A stretch of 63,347 nucleotides of DNA, filler included, from Octopus bimaculoides (taxonomy: Eukaryota): assembly GCF_001194135.2 (NCBI RefSeq). It is 4 parts of 4 records of this genome, joined end to end, with 100 filler letters (N's around TTAATTAATTAA, not from the genome) between each part and the next. Parts side by side here need not be neighbours in the genome. Positions count along the whole stretch, not along the records: positions 1 to 27,518 come from NC_068991.1; 3 more parts are not named here. One strand, given 5' to 3'. Made by a program: the position numbers and the translations under genes. Below the pieces are notes generated by a model. That model made no database searches and was not told where the DNA came from. It saw only the letters and a program-made list of their open reading frames with translations. Within the stretch, counting starts at the first letter, position 1; every line of letters starts with the position of its first letter. Below, one piece after another: positions 12,060-24,075 of this stretch.

Positions 12060-14905
12060 TAAGTACATTGAATCACCGATCATGTCAATCCTTTGACATC
12101 TTTTCTTTTGAGGCTCAACAACCTGAGGTCAGTCTTCACTACTTTGTTCCATGCCTTCCTGGGTCTCCCTTTTCCACAGTTTCATCCATATTTAACAACT
12201 AGCCCTTCTTTATGCAGATTTCCTCATCAATACACATCACACAACCATTTCATCCCAGTCTTCTCTCTTGCATATTACATCTGATGCCACTTATACCCAA
12301 TTTTCATCTCAAAGCATTTACACACTGAAGAATGGTGCCATGCTAGCTTAATTTATTTTAGCCTTCACATGTTCTCTGCATTCATGGCTCAAACTTCACA
12401 ACTATGTATCATTGCTGTTTGTACACAAGCCTCATACAATCTGCCTTTCACTTTGAGAGAGAAGCCTTTTGTTATCAAGGGAGATAAGAGCTCTCTAAAC
12501 TTTGTCCAGCCAGTTTGAATTCTAACTATATTTTCAAAACATTCTCTTTCATTGCACATTAGGTCACCTAGGCCAACTATCTGCTACCTCTAGTGAGCCT
12601 CCGGGGCATTTGAGGAAATCTATTTCCCATGTATTCGTCGTGTTTATTGTTTCTGTACATCCTTCACATATAAACACTATGTTCTCTAGTTTCACCATGT
12701 TTCTTATGTGTCTTTTGTTTGTACTGAGTACATCATGTAGAATTTCTACCAACACATCTTTCAGCATATCAAACAGGTCCATTTCCTGTAGGAATTAGCA
12801 TATTGTTTTCCTGCTTACTAGAATGCTAGTCATTGCTAAGTTAACTTTAAGGTCCCTTATTCCTGGTTTTGCTTCCATACCTAGAATTTCTTTTCTATTT
12901 CTGCTACAGTTTTAGCTATAAGAACAAGGTTGTCAGATAAAGGAGTTCCCACAGGTAACCAGGCTTAAATTCCTCTATTATAGCCGGGAGGACAATCATA
13001 AATAGGAGGGGATTGAGTGATGATCCTTGATGAACTATCTGCACACTAAATTTGTTACTGCATTCATTGTTACTTCCACTGGCAGGACCCCTGTATATGG
13101 TCTGGATGCCTCTCACAACTCATTCATCCACTTCTAGCTTCCACAGTAACCACTAAATCAGGGAGCAAAGGACTCTGTCAAGGGCTTTCGCGAGGTTGAC
13201 AAAAGTTTACTTTTGAATAAATGTTTCTACTGTAGTTGTCATACGAAGATGGTATCAATAGTACTTCTCCCTGGCACATACCCAAACTCCATCTCATCTT
13301 GTCTAACTCTCTTCCTAATTAGTTGAGCTATAAATCTTTCTGTAATTTTCATGACCTGGTCAAGCAATTTGATACCCCTATAATTACCCCTGTAAGAGCA
13401 CGTTTGCTCTTGTAACAGCTGACTATAATGCTGTTACAGCATCATTGGGTATGTTACCTTTCTGTACAACCTGATTAACAGGTGACTAGGCTGTATCTAA
13501 CTCTGTCAGATATTTTAAATATCTTGGTGGTAATTCCTGATGCATTATATGCTCTCCCTGCTTCATATCCCTAATTGCTTTATTATCATACTGCTTTCAT
13601 CTAGAATGGCTGGTTTGTCTGTCAGGTTCACATTTGGAAGGCTTTCTTTTTCCCATGCATTCTCCATATTTAAGACTCTTTCATAGCAGCACTTCGGTGC
13701 CTCTTTGCAAAATCGCTAAGTGCAAGTGTGTCATTATCCATCTGTACATATTCCTCTCCTACAATATCTCAATTTTCTCTAGTATGATATTTTGAAAACT
13801 GGAACACCTCATTCATCTATTCCTTGTACTGTAGAACATAGGCAGACCTCTCTCTTTCAGATTCTTTTCTTGCAAAATAGACCTATTGCCAAGCTTCCCT
13901 TCTAGTTACCTGGTATAATTCTCTGCAATTTCATTCTTCCAATACTTCCAAGCCTGTCTCTCTCTCTCTCTTTGCCTTTATGGCTCTGTCTACTTCACTG
14001 TTCCATCATCATATCACTCTTGGACTAGCTGGAACTTTGCACCTGTCCCAGATTTGTTCAATAGTTCTCAGCAGATTGCTCCGAAAGAACTTTCAGTTGA
14101 TCTAAATGTTATGTTTCTATCTCCTCCTCCTTGTCATATATTTCAATTATGACTTCTTTCCATCTCTAACTATTTGATGGTTCTTTAAGTTTCCTTATCT
14201 TTCTTTTCCAAGCTGGCGTTTATCTCTGATCCCATCTAGTCCTAAATCCGAAATGACTAAACACTAACTTATTTTGAGTAGTATATTCTTTCTTCATCAG
14301 AAAAGGATTTTGCATTTACAGTCATTTGTCTGTCCCTGTTTCTGGTTGGAATGTAGCCAATCTGTTTTGTGTGTCCATAAGATTGATGGGTGATCAGATG
14401 ACTAGTTGGTTCCCTGAAGTTTGCATCACAAAACTCTTGTAGCCATGCTTCTTTCTCATTTTGAGAAACAAGACTATAGCCTCCATACACATCATGGTAT
14501 TCACAAGGATGCTATTCAACGTGTGCATTGATGTCACCAGTCATGAAGATAAAGTCACTGAAGTTTGTCATTGAGGTAATCTGCAAAAAAAACCAGTTCT
14601 TTTGTTTGTCCAGCAGTCCTAATTGAGGTGCATTGGCATGGAGAAATGTTGCTGTTATATTTTCCAAGACTTGTCTGAGCATAATTATTCTTCCACACAT
14701 TCTGACTACCTTATTCACTTTATCTATCCATTTCTCTTCCAAAATTATTTCCCACTCTTCTGTCGCTATTGGCTACACAGAAGAATTTATATCTATGTTT
14801 CTTGCCCATATGGAGTCTAGTTGAAACTCCCTTCCACCTTATGGCTTGCACACAGCACATGTGTTCTGTGTGCATTTTAACAATCTCATGAGACCTCCCA
14901 TTCAC
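12060..14905 (-). mobile_element. Near full-length decayed RTE-clade LINE (APE endonuclease + RT)
   Basis: APE fragments MNGRSHEIVKM...CCVQAIRWKG and FIFMTGDINAHV. RT fragment VHQGSSLNPLLFMIVL...FKPGYLWELLY. C-terminal VKGRLYEACVQTAMIHS, and a GRPRKAW motif near 12150. Many stops. Confidence 0.85.
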
Positions 14906-16559
14906 TTTGCAAAAAATTAAATTGACCTTGGCAGGGTTTGATTCAACCCATTTGAGATGTGGAATGAAAATTGCAATGTTCTAATGATTCTGCCATTTCA
15001 AAGTATGTCTTTTTGTGTGTGTGTATATGCAATATATATTTATTTATCATTATCATCATCATCCTTTTATGTCTGCTTACCCTTGGTGGCAGATATTGGA
15101 TGGCTCACTATGATTAAATCCAACACAACCATTTGCTCATCTAGATAAGTTTGAGATTCACAACTTACATGTGTGTTTCCTTTTTGCCTTGGTTTCTATA
15201 AATGATAACCCTTGCTAATGCCAACCACTTTTCAGAGTGCATGCGGTACATTTTTTCATGACACCAGTACTTGACAGCTTGTTATATCTTCAAGAAGTCT
15301 CTTTCAACTCAGTACTTGGGCTGTGATTCCATGGCACCAGCACTTGAGAGCTATTTATATCCTTGACATGAGTAATAGGTTCTCTCTACCTCCACATCTC
15401 TGTTTACTGATCAACCACCTTATTGAGTGGGAGGTTTGAGTGATAGAGACATGAGTGATTAGTGGTTAGAGGGCTGTGTATTAGAAGGGCTAGTGTTGGA
15501 GTTAACTCCATATTCTAAGAAATGTACATACTTTGAAAGCAATCAAGAGAATAGTTTGATGAGAGAGGAAGAACCAGGATGTAGAAGTGAAAAGGAACGA
15601 GAGTGAGAGGAAAGAATAAAGGGAGTGATAACTGTTAGTTCATAAGGCCAGGGCTGGGTGGATGAGTGATAGTACAGTGTGTTGGGCACAGCAAGTTCAC
15701 AGTAGTCTTTTATACATAAACATCTACATGGACAGTAGAATTTGTGCAATGAGGATAATGGTAAGGGAATAGAAAGTAGGTATGGTTTGAATGACAGAGC
15801 AGATATAACATTAACTAAATATAAAGTTCCACAGTGCGATTTGCACTGGTAAAAATAAGGTATTGTAATGAATTCATAGAGAATGTTAGCCTTTAGATTA
15901 AAAAGTTTATGAGCTGGCAAAGAACTTCCCAATAAATTTTCCTCACAAGATTGAATATGAATTGAGATTCTGCAATGCTGAGTTGTTTTACAAACAATTT
16001 ATCAACAAAAGGAAAATAACATGCAACTGGAAATCAAAACTTGGTTTCCAGGTAACTTATTTTGTTAACAAATTTGGTAACAGATTTGTTGAAGAATGAA
16101 ATCAATAAGATATAATATCCATCTCAGGTACATAGGAACAGTGGAATTTTATGTGTCAATTTGATCTGCTGGGAGTTTATGAAGATGTCTATTTCCTTTC
16201 ATCTTGTTTGTATTCCTATAAAGTGTAATGATGAACAAATACCAAACGTCATGTCACCTGTCACCTCTATTGCTTTATATTTAGAATATAGATACCATAG
16301 AGAGTGTATACAATATAGACACCAAACAGAGCATATATAACTAAATAGGACTAGATATTATGAAGGGAACAGGTTTGAAAGAAATGCTGAAACTTGGAAG
16401 AATATACAATAAAACTTGTGAAGCAATTATGTTTACAACACGTTTCATTTTGTTGAAACAACTTTTGAGAAATTGCCAGAGTTTGTTGGCCCCAAGACAA
16501 ATGGTAAAAATTGTAAGGAACAAGAAATTAGTCTAGTCCTGTAATTAATTATTACCTAG

Positions 16560-16628
16560 TCATTCGTCATTGTCATCATTGTTATCATCATTGTCATCCT
16601 CATCTTCATCTTCATCACCATCATCACC

Positions 16629-16679
<51 letters not shown>

Positions 16680-16745
16680 GTTGTCATCGTCATCATCGTC
16701 ATCATCATCGTTGTCATCGTCATCATCATCATCATCATCATAATC
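16560..16745. repeat. Compound (CAT)n/(CAC)n/(CGT) microsatellite
   Basis: Directly visible. It produces the poly-M and poly-D ORFs of the track. Confidence 0.9.
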
Positions 16746-16947
16746 ACATATTTGTTTTTCCATGCTTACAAGGCTTATGGGTAGGTTGCCTTTAACACAT
16801 CATCTCACCTCTCATTTGTCGTTTGCTGAGGTTCATCGACCCAGCAAGGTCATTATTTACGATTTCTTCAGACACTGTAAAAAAAAAAAAAACAAACAAA
16901 AAAATCATGATCTCTTTTTTTTTTAAACAAAATATTTTATTCTTCAG

Positions 16948-17065
16948 GTATGTGCGATGTTTGAAGCCCAACTCTAAGAAAGTGCCTAATAACTACCAAG
17001 AGTCCGAGGTATTGTCTCAGTTGAGATATTCTGGAATGTTGGATCTTATCAAGATTAAAAGAGAG
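16948..17065 (+). CDS. Myosin motor-domain exon (118 nt; phase 2 start, phase 0 end)
   Basis: Acceptor ttttattcttcag|G and donor GAG|gtaaga. Encodes (x)YVRCLKPNSKKVPNNYQESEVLSQLRYSGMLDLIKIKRE, containing the hallmark myosin motifs VRCxKPN and QLRYSGM. The split first codon would be W if the unseen upstream exon ends in TG. Confidence 0.95.
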
Positions 17066-17324
17066 GTAAGAGTGTTCACTTGTCTCCATTCAAAATTAAA
17101 CAACATTTATTTAATTGTTGAAATATTTTATTAATTTTGTTAATTTAGTTTCTTCTTTTTTTATTTACAATCTCATTGACTGTTCTTCTTGCCTAAAGCA
17201 GGACTTTCTTCCAGAAACATCATCAGGTCTATTTTGATTTATTCAGCTCTTTGTAGAAATGTTAGGTGAATTATTCTGTTAGCAGGAGAAAATACATGTA
17301 AAATAGTATTAAGAGATAAATAAT

Positions 17325-17376
<52 letters not shown>

Positions 17377-17504
17377 TAGAGAAGAGAAGAGATTGAAAAG
17401 GTTCCTCATTTTTTGCTTCAGGGAGAAAAGAAACAGTTTTGAAACGTTTGAATGGCTGATTTGTGACAATATAACACGAAGTGACCTATGAGTTGAGTGA
17501 AAGG

Positions 17505-17562
<58 letters not shown>

Positions 17563-18399
17563 NNNNNNNNNNNNNNNNNNNNNNNNNNNNNNGGGGGGGG
17601 GGGGATTTACAGCTTAGAAAATTATTTTCTTTAGAATGAAGTTTTTTGCATAAAGTCAGTGGTTTTAGTGTCTTGCATTTGCTGTTGTGGTTGTATTGAG
17701 TGCAACAGGAACAATCTCGAGCCATTGTTAGTGAGATGAGCAAATGTCTGCTTATAGAGAACAGAGGAAGAATTTTTGAAGGATCATGCAACCAACATTT
17801 ACAGAAATCTGCTTTTATGATGGTGATGATGATGGTGATGTTAATAATGATGATGATGAGAATGACTGTTGTGAGGACAATAACAATGATAATAATAGGG
17901 TAGTAGTGATGATGATGAGGAGGAGGAATAGGAGAAGGGTAATGTAAATGGAAGTGATAAAATAGTCATGGCGTTGGTGGAGGGGATAGTGTTGGTATTG
18001 ATATTTACAACATTTTGGTTAGAAGTTAGTGCCAGAAAAGAAAAGAAAAAAATTTAAATATGAATTGTGTGTGAGAGAGAGAGAGGGAGAGTGAGAAAGA
18101 GGAAGAAAGAGAGAGAGAAAGTGAAAGAAGGAGAGAGACAGAAAGATAGAGAGAGACTAACTTAATGTGTGTGTGTGGGTGTGTGTGTGTGTGCATGATG
18201 TGATTTTATTTTAAAAAATTTCTCACTAATAGCGGTGCCCCAGTATGGCCACAGCTCAGGAGCTGAAACTAGATAAAATGAAATGAAGAAAGAACCAGTT
18301 TTCAACCCCCAAATAAGGTTTATTCAGTAGAATTTAGATGTTAACTATGTAGTGATGTATGTTTGTGTGTATGTATGTATGTATGTGTGGGTGTGTATA

Positions 18400-18633
18400 T
18401 GTAAGCTTTATGTTTCCTGGGTTGAATCCCATCATGGGATATCTTAGGCAAGTGTTTTCTTTTCACTCCAGTCTCTTGTTGAGCAGAGCCTTGTGAGTGA
18501 ACTTGGTGAAATAGAAACTTTGAAGAAGCCTGTCGGATTGTGCTAGGAACTGAAAGGTTATAACCTTGTCATACACAGGGTACCAGTGATTCTGTCTGTG
18601 TAATACTCAACCACTTATATGCAACTAATTTGA
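18400..18633 (+). mobile_element. Decayed SINE (family B-like head plus 3' body)
   Basis: GGGTTGAATCCCATCATGGGATATCTTAGGCAAGTGTTTTCT...GCCTTGTGAGTGAACTTGG resembles 40985-41140. Confidence 0.55.
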
Positions 18634-18957
18634 TGAACAAGTGAGTCATTTGACTGAACACCTGTTCAGGTGATTCAGTTAACTGAACACCTGAATCGGT
18701 AATTCAGTTGATTGAACACTTGAACAGTTGATTTACTTCACTGAACAGCTGAACAAGTGATTCATTTGATTGAACATCTGAACAGGTGATTTACTTGAGT
18801 GAATACCTGGACAGGGAATTCAGTTGATTGAACACCTGAACAGGTGATTCAGTTGACTGAACACCTGAAGAAGTGATTCAGTTGATTGAACACCTGAACA
18901 GGGAATTCATTTGATTGAACACCTGCACAGGTGATTCAGTTTAATGAAGACCTGAAT
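18634..18957. repeat. 29-bp minisatellite, 10 full units plus partial flanks
   Basis: Consensus TGAACACCTGAACAGGTGATTCAGTTGAT. Units start at 18655, 18684, 18713 and so on to 18916 (period 29). Confidence 0.92.
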
Positions 18958-19193
18958 AACTCTCTACTCAAACTGTCAGGTAACCATTTAGTTCTATGTG
19001 TTCTTTTAATGAAGAATTCTGTGTCAGTCTGAGAATATCTGCTGAAGCAGTGTCTTAATAAAACATGCAAATGGGAAGTGAAGGCATTTATTAAGTTTGT
19101 TTCTCTAATAGAGAACCAACTGTATATTTTGAAGAAGTAATAAATGTATCTTATAATGAAAGTTCATCGATATTTTGTTTGTCTTTTATTTAG

Positions 19194-19349
19194 GGATATC
19201 CTATCCATGTTCCTCTTGAAAAATTTCTTGCCCAATATTCCTGCCTTCTTGAAGACAAAGATCCTTCATTGGATGATCGAGCCCATGTTATCAAAATCAT
19301 GACAGGATTGACCTTACCAAAAACAGAATGGCAAGCTGGCAAAACAATG
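19194..19349 (+). CDS. Myosin motor-domain exon (156 nt; phase 0 at both ends), SH2-helix/converter region
   Basis: Acceptor gtcttttatttag|GGA and donor ATG|gtaaat. Encodes GYPIHVPLEKFLAQYSCLLEDKDPSLDDRAHVIKIMTGLTLPKTEWQAGKTM. It splices in frame to 16948-17065 to give IKIKREGYPIH and ends in the EWQxGKT motif. Confidence 0.95.
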
Positions 19350-19619
19350 GTAAATAGCATTTCTTTTACATTTTCTTTTAAAAATTTCTGCAACAAAAAA
19401 TTTCTGCAACAAAAAAAAAAAAAAAAAAAAAATCTCTATAATGCAAACTATATGTTCTTGTTTGACCCTGAGTCAGCTCTGTGATTCAACATCAGAATTA
19501 TGATTACCGAAATAGCTGCTGTAGCCACCTAGTGGTTTTGTATAGCTATGACTACATTATATTGGTGCCATGTATAAAGCTACCATGCTGGTACCACATA
19601 TAAAGTACCCATGTTGGTG

Positions 19620-19812
19620 TTATGTTTAAAGCATCCCGTGCACTCTGTGAAATGGTTAGCATTAAGAAGAACATCCAGCCATAGAAATCATGTCAAAACA
19701 GACAATTGGAGCCTGGTGTGGTTCTACGGCTGGCCAGTTTCTGTCAAAGTGTCCAACCCATGTTAGCATGGGAAACAGACATTAAATGATGATGATGATG
19801 ATGACGACGATG
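19620..19812 (+). repeat. (TGA)n-tailed repeat copy
   Basis: GGTTAGCATTAAGAAGAACATCCAGCCATAGAAA...CCAACCCATGTTAGCATGGGAAACAGACATTAAA(TGA)n. Confidence 0.7.
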
Positions 19813-21065
19813 GTGGTGAAAATGATGATGGCTATATTGTCCAATGTGTTCTCCTTGTCTCATGATGACAGAATAGGATTTCAGGGAGATTTAACCGATA
19901 TTTCTAGTCAGTTGAGTATATTTGAGCAGGGGGCAACAGTATCAGAGAATTCCATTGCAAAATTTGTGGTGGTGGCTAGATTTGGATTGGATCTAAAAGG
20001 ATTAGTAAGAAAGAATCAAGAAAGAGAGAAATGATACTGGGCAAGGTTGGTTAGGGGACAGTAGTAGGAGTTGTAGTAGTAGTGGTTGTTGACACAGCAG
20101 CAGCAGTAGTAGTAGTTTAGCCAAGATCAGCTTAATGGTGGTTCTAATTGTGACCATCCTGTCGGTTTGGCATCACATAATTTCTTGTGTTTGCTAAATT
20201 TTGATCAGATATTGAAAGATGTGCTGCATTAAATAAATTTAAAAAAAAAAAAGAAGAAAAAAGTTAAGAGACACATATAAACGGTGAAAGTAAAATATTT
20301 ACTAAAAATTCTACTGTTTGAAATGTAGTTATTTCGGTGATTTGTCTGGAATATTAATCTGTTTGATGCTTCACACATGATAGACAATATCATATACCTC
20401 CTGCAATACTTTATGTAATGCTATTTACACTTTAATAACAAATCATTTGAAGAACTCTGCAGAGATTGGTATATTTTATAATCCAACCAACTAAACTTTA
20501 TTTTATAATCCAATTATTGTGGATAATAATTGCTTCCATTACCATTATCCTCAATAGTCTCTTTAAGTCCTTTCACATTCTTCTTACCAACTTTAAACAT
20601 TTTTTAATAAGTTCTTTATCCATTTGTTCTCTTTGTTTTCTTTTTCTCTTCTTTTTTTTCCCTCTTCATTTACATCTATGACTTCCTTCATTTCTTTCTT
20701 TTTGTCCTCTTTTCCTCCTACTGCTGCTGCTGCTACTACTACTACTACTTCAATAAACAACACCTCAGCAAAATCCAATTGCATTATCGAAGAATCTTCT
20801 AGTTGATTCCACACTTATGTTAGAGCTTTGCCTCTTACCATATTCTTCAATTGCCTTTGTTAATGAAGACGAAGGATCCTCTATGTACTCACCTTACTTG
20901 CTAGCAATAACAGTCAAATCTCACTAAAATCACAACCAACCATTTAAAAAAAAAAAAGGTAGATGTATGGGTGATGTGTTCCCTACACACTGTCTTGTCC
21001 CAGTAAAGATGTGAGGGTTACAACCAAAATGTCTTCAATTCTAGATTGGCTGAATCATTGTAGAC

Positions 21066-21345
21066 ATCATCATCATCATTTTCGTTTAACGTCCGCTTTC
21101 CATGCTAGCATGGGTTGGACGATTTGACTGAGGACTGGTGAACTGGATGGCTGCACCAGGCTCCAATCTGATCTGGCAGAGTTTCTACAGCTGGATGCCC
21201 TTCCTAATGCCAACCACTCTGAGAGTGTTGTGGGTGCTTTTACATGCCACCTGCACAAAGGCCAGTCAGGCAGCACTGGCAACGGCCACACTCAAAATGG
21301 TGTTTTTTACGTGCCACCTGCACAGGAGCCAGTCCAGCGGCACAG
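21066..21345 (-). repeat. (TGA)n-tailed repeat copy
   Basis: (CAT)n-TTTCGTTTAACGTCCGCTTTCCATGCTAGCATGGGTTGGACG..., an inverted match to 9278-9563. Confidence 0.8.
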
Positions 21346-21744
21346 GGCTAAACTCAAGCAGGACACTCCTTTTGTAAATAAGTCAACTTTTTGCTTATAT
21401 AAAGAAATACTAACATTCTGAGAGTCATTGTATTGGCTGCTTCTATAAAGAATTTTTTGTTGGCAATCGTACAAGTGTCTTTTTCAACTAATAAAATAGT
21501 TGAAGTCACTAAGTTAACACTATTACATGCATCTATGAGCAGATGTTACCCCACCCTTGCCATATAATTCTATCAACATACATCACCTTCACCTCCACCA
21601 TGAACTCATCCTCTGTCCATCTTTCTATTTATTACACTGTAACGTTTATCTTTTAGGAATCTTGCCACCATGCTAGAAATCAGTGTGGTTGTATATATAC
21701 TGAACTAGAACATATATAATTTCCGTTTTGTTTTCATTACTTGT

Positions 21745-22140
21745 TTCAGTCATTAGACTGCGGCCATGCTGGGGCTCTGCCTCAAAAGAATTCTTAATCA
21801 AATGGATCAACTCCAGTACTTATTATTGCTTTTAAAACCTGGTGCATATTCTATCAGTCCACTTTGCCAAACTGCTAAGCTATGGGGATGTAAACACACC
21901 AACACCAGTTGCCAAGCAGTGGTGGGGAGAAACACAGATACAAAGACATGCACACACACACACACAGATATAAATATATATATATATATATATATAATGA
22001 TGTGCTTCTTTTAGTTTCTGTCTACTAAATCTACTTACAAGGCCTGATTCTATAGTAGATGATGCTTGCCCAAGTTGTCACTCTGTGAGACTGAACCCAG
22101 AACCATGCGGTTGGGAAGCAAGCTTCTTGTTACACAGTCA
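21745..22140 (-). mobile_element. tRNA-derived SINE, family B (internal microsatellite)
   Basis: Reverse complement: TGTGTAACAAGAAGCTTGCTTCCCAACCGCATGGTTCTGGGTTCAGTCTC...(TA/TG)n...CCCCAGCATGGCCGCAGTC. Same layout as 40985-41400. Confidence 0.75.
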
Positions 22141-22237
22141 TGCATGTGCCTTGTTGAATGCATGATTTATTACAAAACAAGACTGCTGCTACAAAAGAAA
22201 ATATATTGCAAAATGAACTTGGTAGGCAAAGTGTTAA

Positions 22238-23010
22238 AAGAAAGCTCAGCTGCGAATGTTTTTTTATCCCAAAACTTCATCTAAGAACCTCTTTAGCCAA
22301 CAGCTATCTCTACTGAACTTCAATTATGAATAATGCAATAATTGCTGTTTTGAAGCCCGTTATCCTGACAAGTTTCCTGAAGGAGGTTAAGAGGATCATT
22401 TAGAAATTATTATGAAACATCATTTCTATTCATTTAAAATTACAAACAAATTAAAAAATGTTTGAAGGAAAAGGATAAAAATCTAATTTCATTATTCTTT
22501 TTAATCAGATAATGTAGTTTAAGTTTTCTTGTTATATTTTATGCTTAATTTATAAGGTTGTTTCTTAGTTGTTTGTTGTGGATGTGATGTGATTAATAAG
22601 CATGGAAACTGAACTTGAAATACAATTTTCTCTCTTATTTACTTGAATGCCTCAGTAGAAATCAAATTGTTAGCATGTCTTGAATAGTCCTTTGACTTGG
22701 TTAATCTGGTGGCAAAACGAAAAATATATCAAAGCTGTCTACTAAATTTGTTGCATTAGATAAATATACAAATATATAATAACAATAATAATGATATTGA
22801 TGATGATGATAAACCAAGTGATTAAAGAACAGCCAGGTAGGCAACAACAACAACAACAACAACAACAGCTGCAGAAATAATTGCATGAAATAACGACTTT
22901 TGAAAGCCAAATAAGGTGATTTCTGAATGAGAAAACTAATTAAGGAAGAGAGAGGTTGAGTTGTCAGTTAATTGATGAACAGTATATTACTGGTACATAT
23001 TTTATTGAAA
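22238..23010 (+). repeat. Local direct duplication, copy 1 (~770 bp)
   Basis: Colinear with ~24985-25760 from GAAAGCTCAGCTG to CAGTATATTACTGGTACATA.TT..TTGAAA. Confidence 0.9.
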
Positions 23011-23576
23011 CAAGGAATATATGACATAAACTTTTATAACACTAACAACAAACATGATTGTTACAGCATAAACAACATTAACAGCTGTTGCAAGAGTAAC
23101 TGCAACACACATAGGTGTATTAAATATGGCAGTGTTTAATAATGTTGTTTTTAATGAAGTGCTTTATTAAGGTTGGTCTGATGCGACATCTCTCATCTCC
23201 TGCCTCCTGTCTATGACATAGTCAATTGGATACCAATGTTTGCTGCATGGATGCATCCAGGAAGCAAACATTGGCATCCTGCATGGATGCATCCAAGATG
23301 TATTTTTGTGGTTGGGCAAATGAAACAATGTGTTGGTGATCAACAGGTCATGTGTTGCACAGGTCTTCAGCAGTAGATAACTGTTGTCGTTGCTCTTTCC
23401 TACTCCATTTCTCCCAGTGACTCCTTCTCATATCTGGTAGTCTGTACTAACTCAGGCATTAAAGGTTGCTGCCCTGCCTGGTGAAGCTGCACCAACAGGA
23501 GTGCTGTCTCCTACAACCAGAACAGAATTGCAGATTAGAAGTGTTATCATGTACATTGTTTTGTCTTGGTATAAAA

Positions 23577-24037
23577 GATGGGCTACAGCAAATATTCTGC
23601 TTAATACCACAGATTTGCTTGTCAGTTGTTTGACCATAACCGGTTGAGCATGTCTTTTGGTGGCTGACAATATGTGCATTTCTGATCACGAGCAGAAGTA
23701 GTAGGGGATCATCATAGCCATGTATTGAGAAGATTTCTTTGGGGTTTGAATAATTCACACTGGAAACATGGGTGTTTCATTCATCATCCTTAAACAAACC
23801 TTACTCAGAGGGATTTTGAGTGGGATGGGCTACTCAACTCTGAAGAAAATTCTAACTGGGTCCTACCTGCAAGGTCATGCACTGTTTATCTTGATATAAG
23901 ATCACCATGTCATGCACATATGTTTGCGATGCATGTGCCTGGTGTATCCTTATTAGACAGGTAGTAATGATGGGTATATTGGACTTCGTATAACTGTACC
24001 CCAGTGTCACTTTGATGGCATGCACTGCTCTCTCAAT
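23577..24037 (+). repeat. Interspersed repeat, same family as 1-417, with (AAT)n tail
   Basis: Inverted match to 1-417. Ends GCACTGCTCTCTC-(AAT)n. Confidence 0.8.
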
Positions 24038-24044
24038 AATAATG

Positions 24045-24074
<30 letters not shown>

Positions 24075-24075
<1 letters not shown>

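Noticed and set aside
18634-18957. CRISPR-like array
   Set aside because: Head-to-tail 29-bp units with no unique spacers, eukaryotic context, and no cas genes.
22575-22620. C/D-box snoRNA in the duplicated core (GTGATG...CTGA)
   Set aside because: The C box is imperfect, the CTGA is only ~25 nt away, and there is no terminal stem or second D box.
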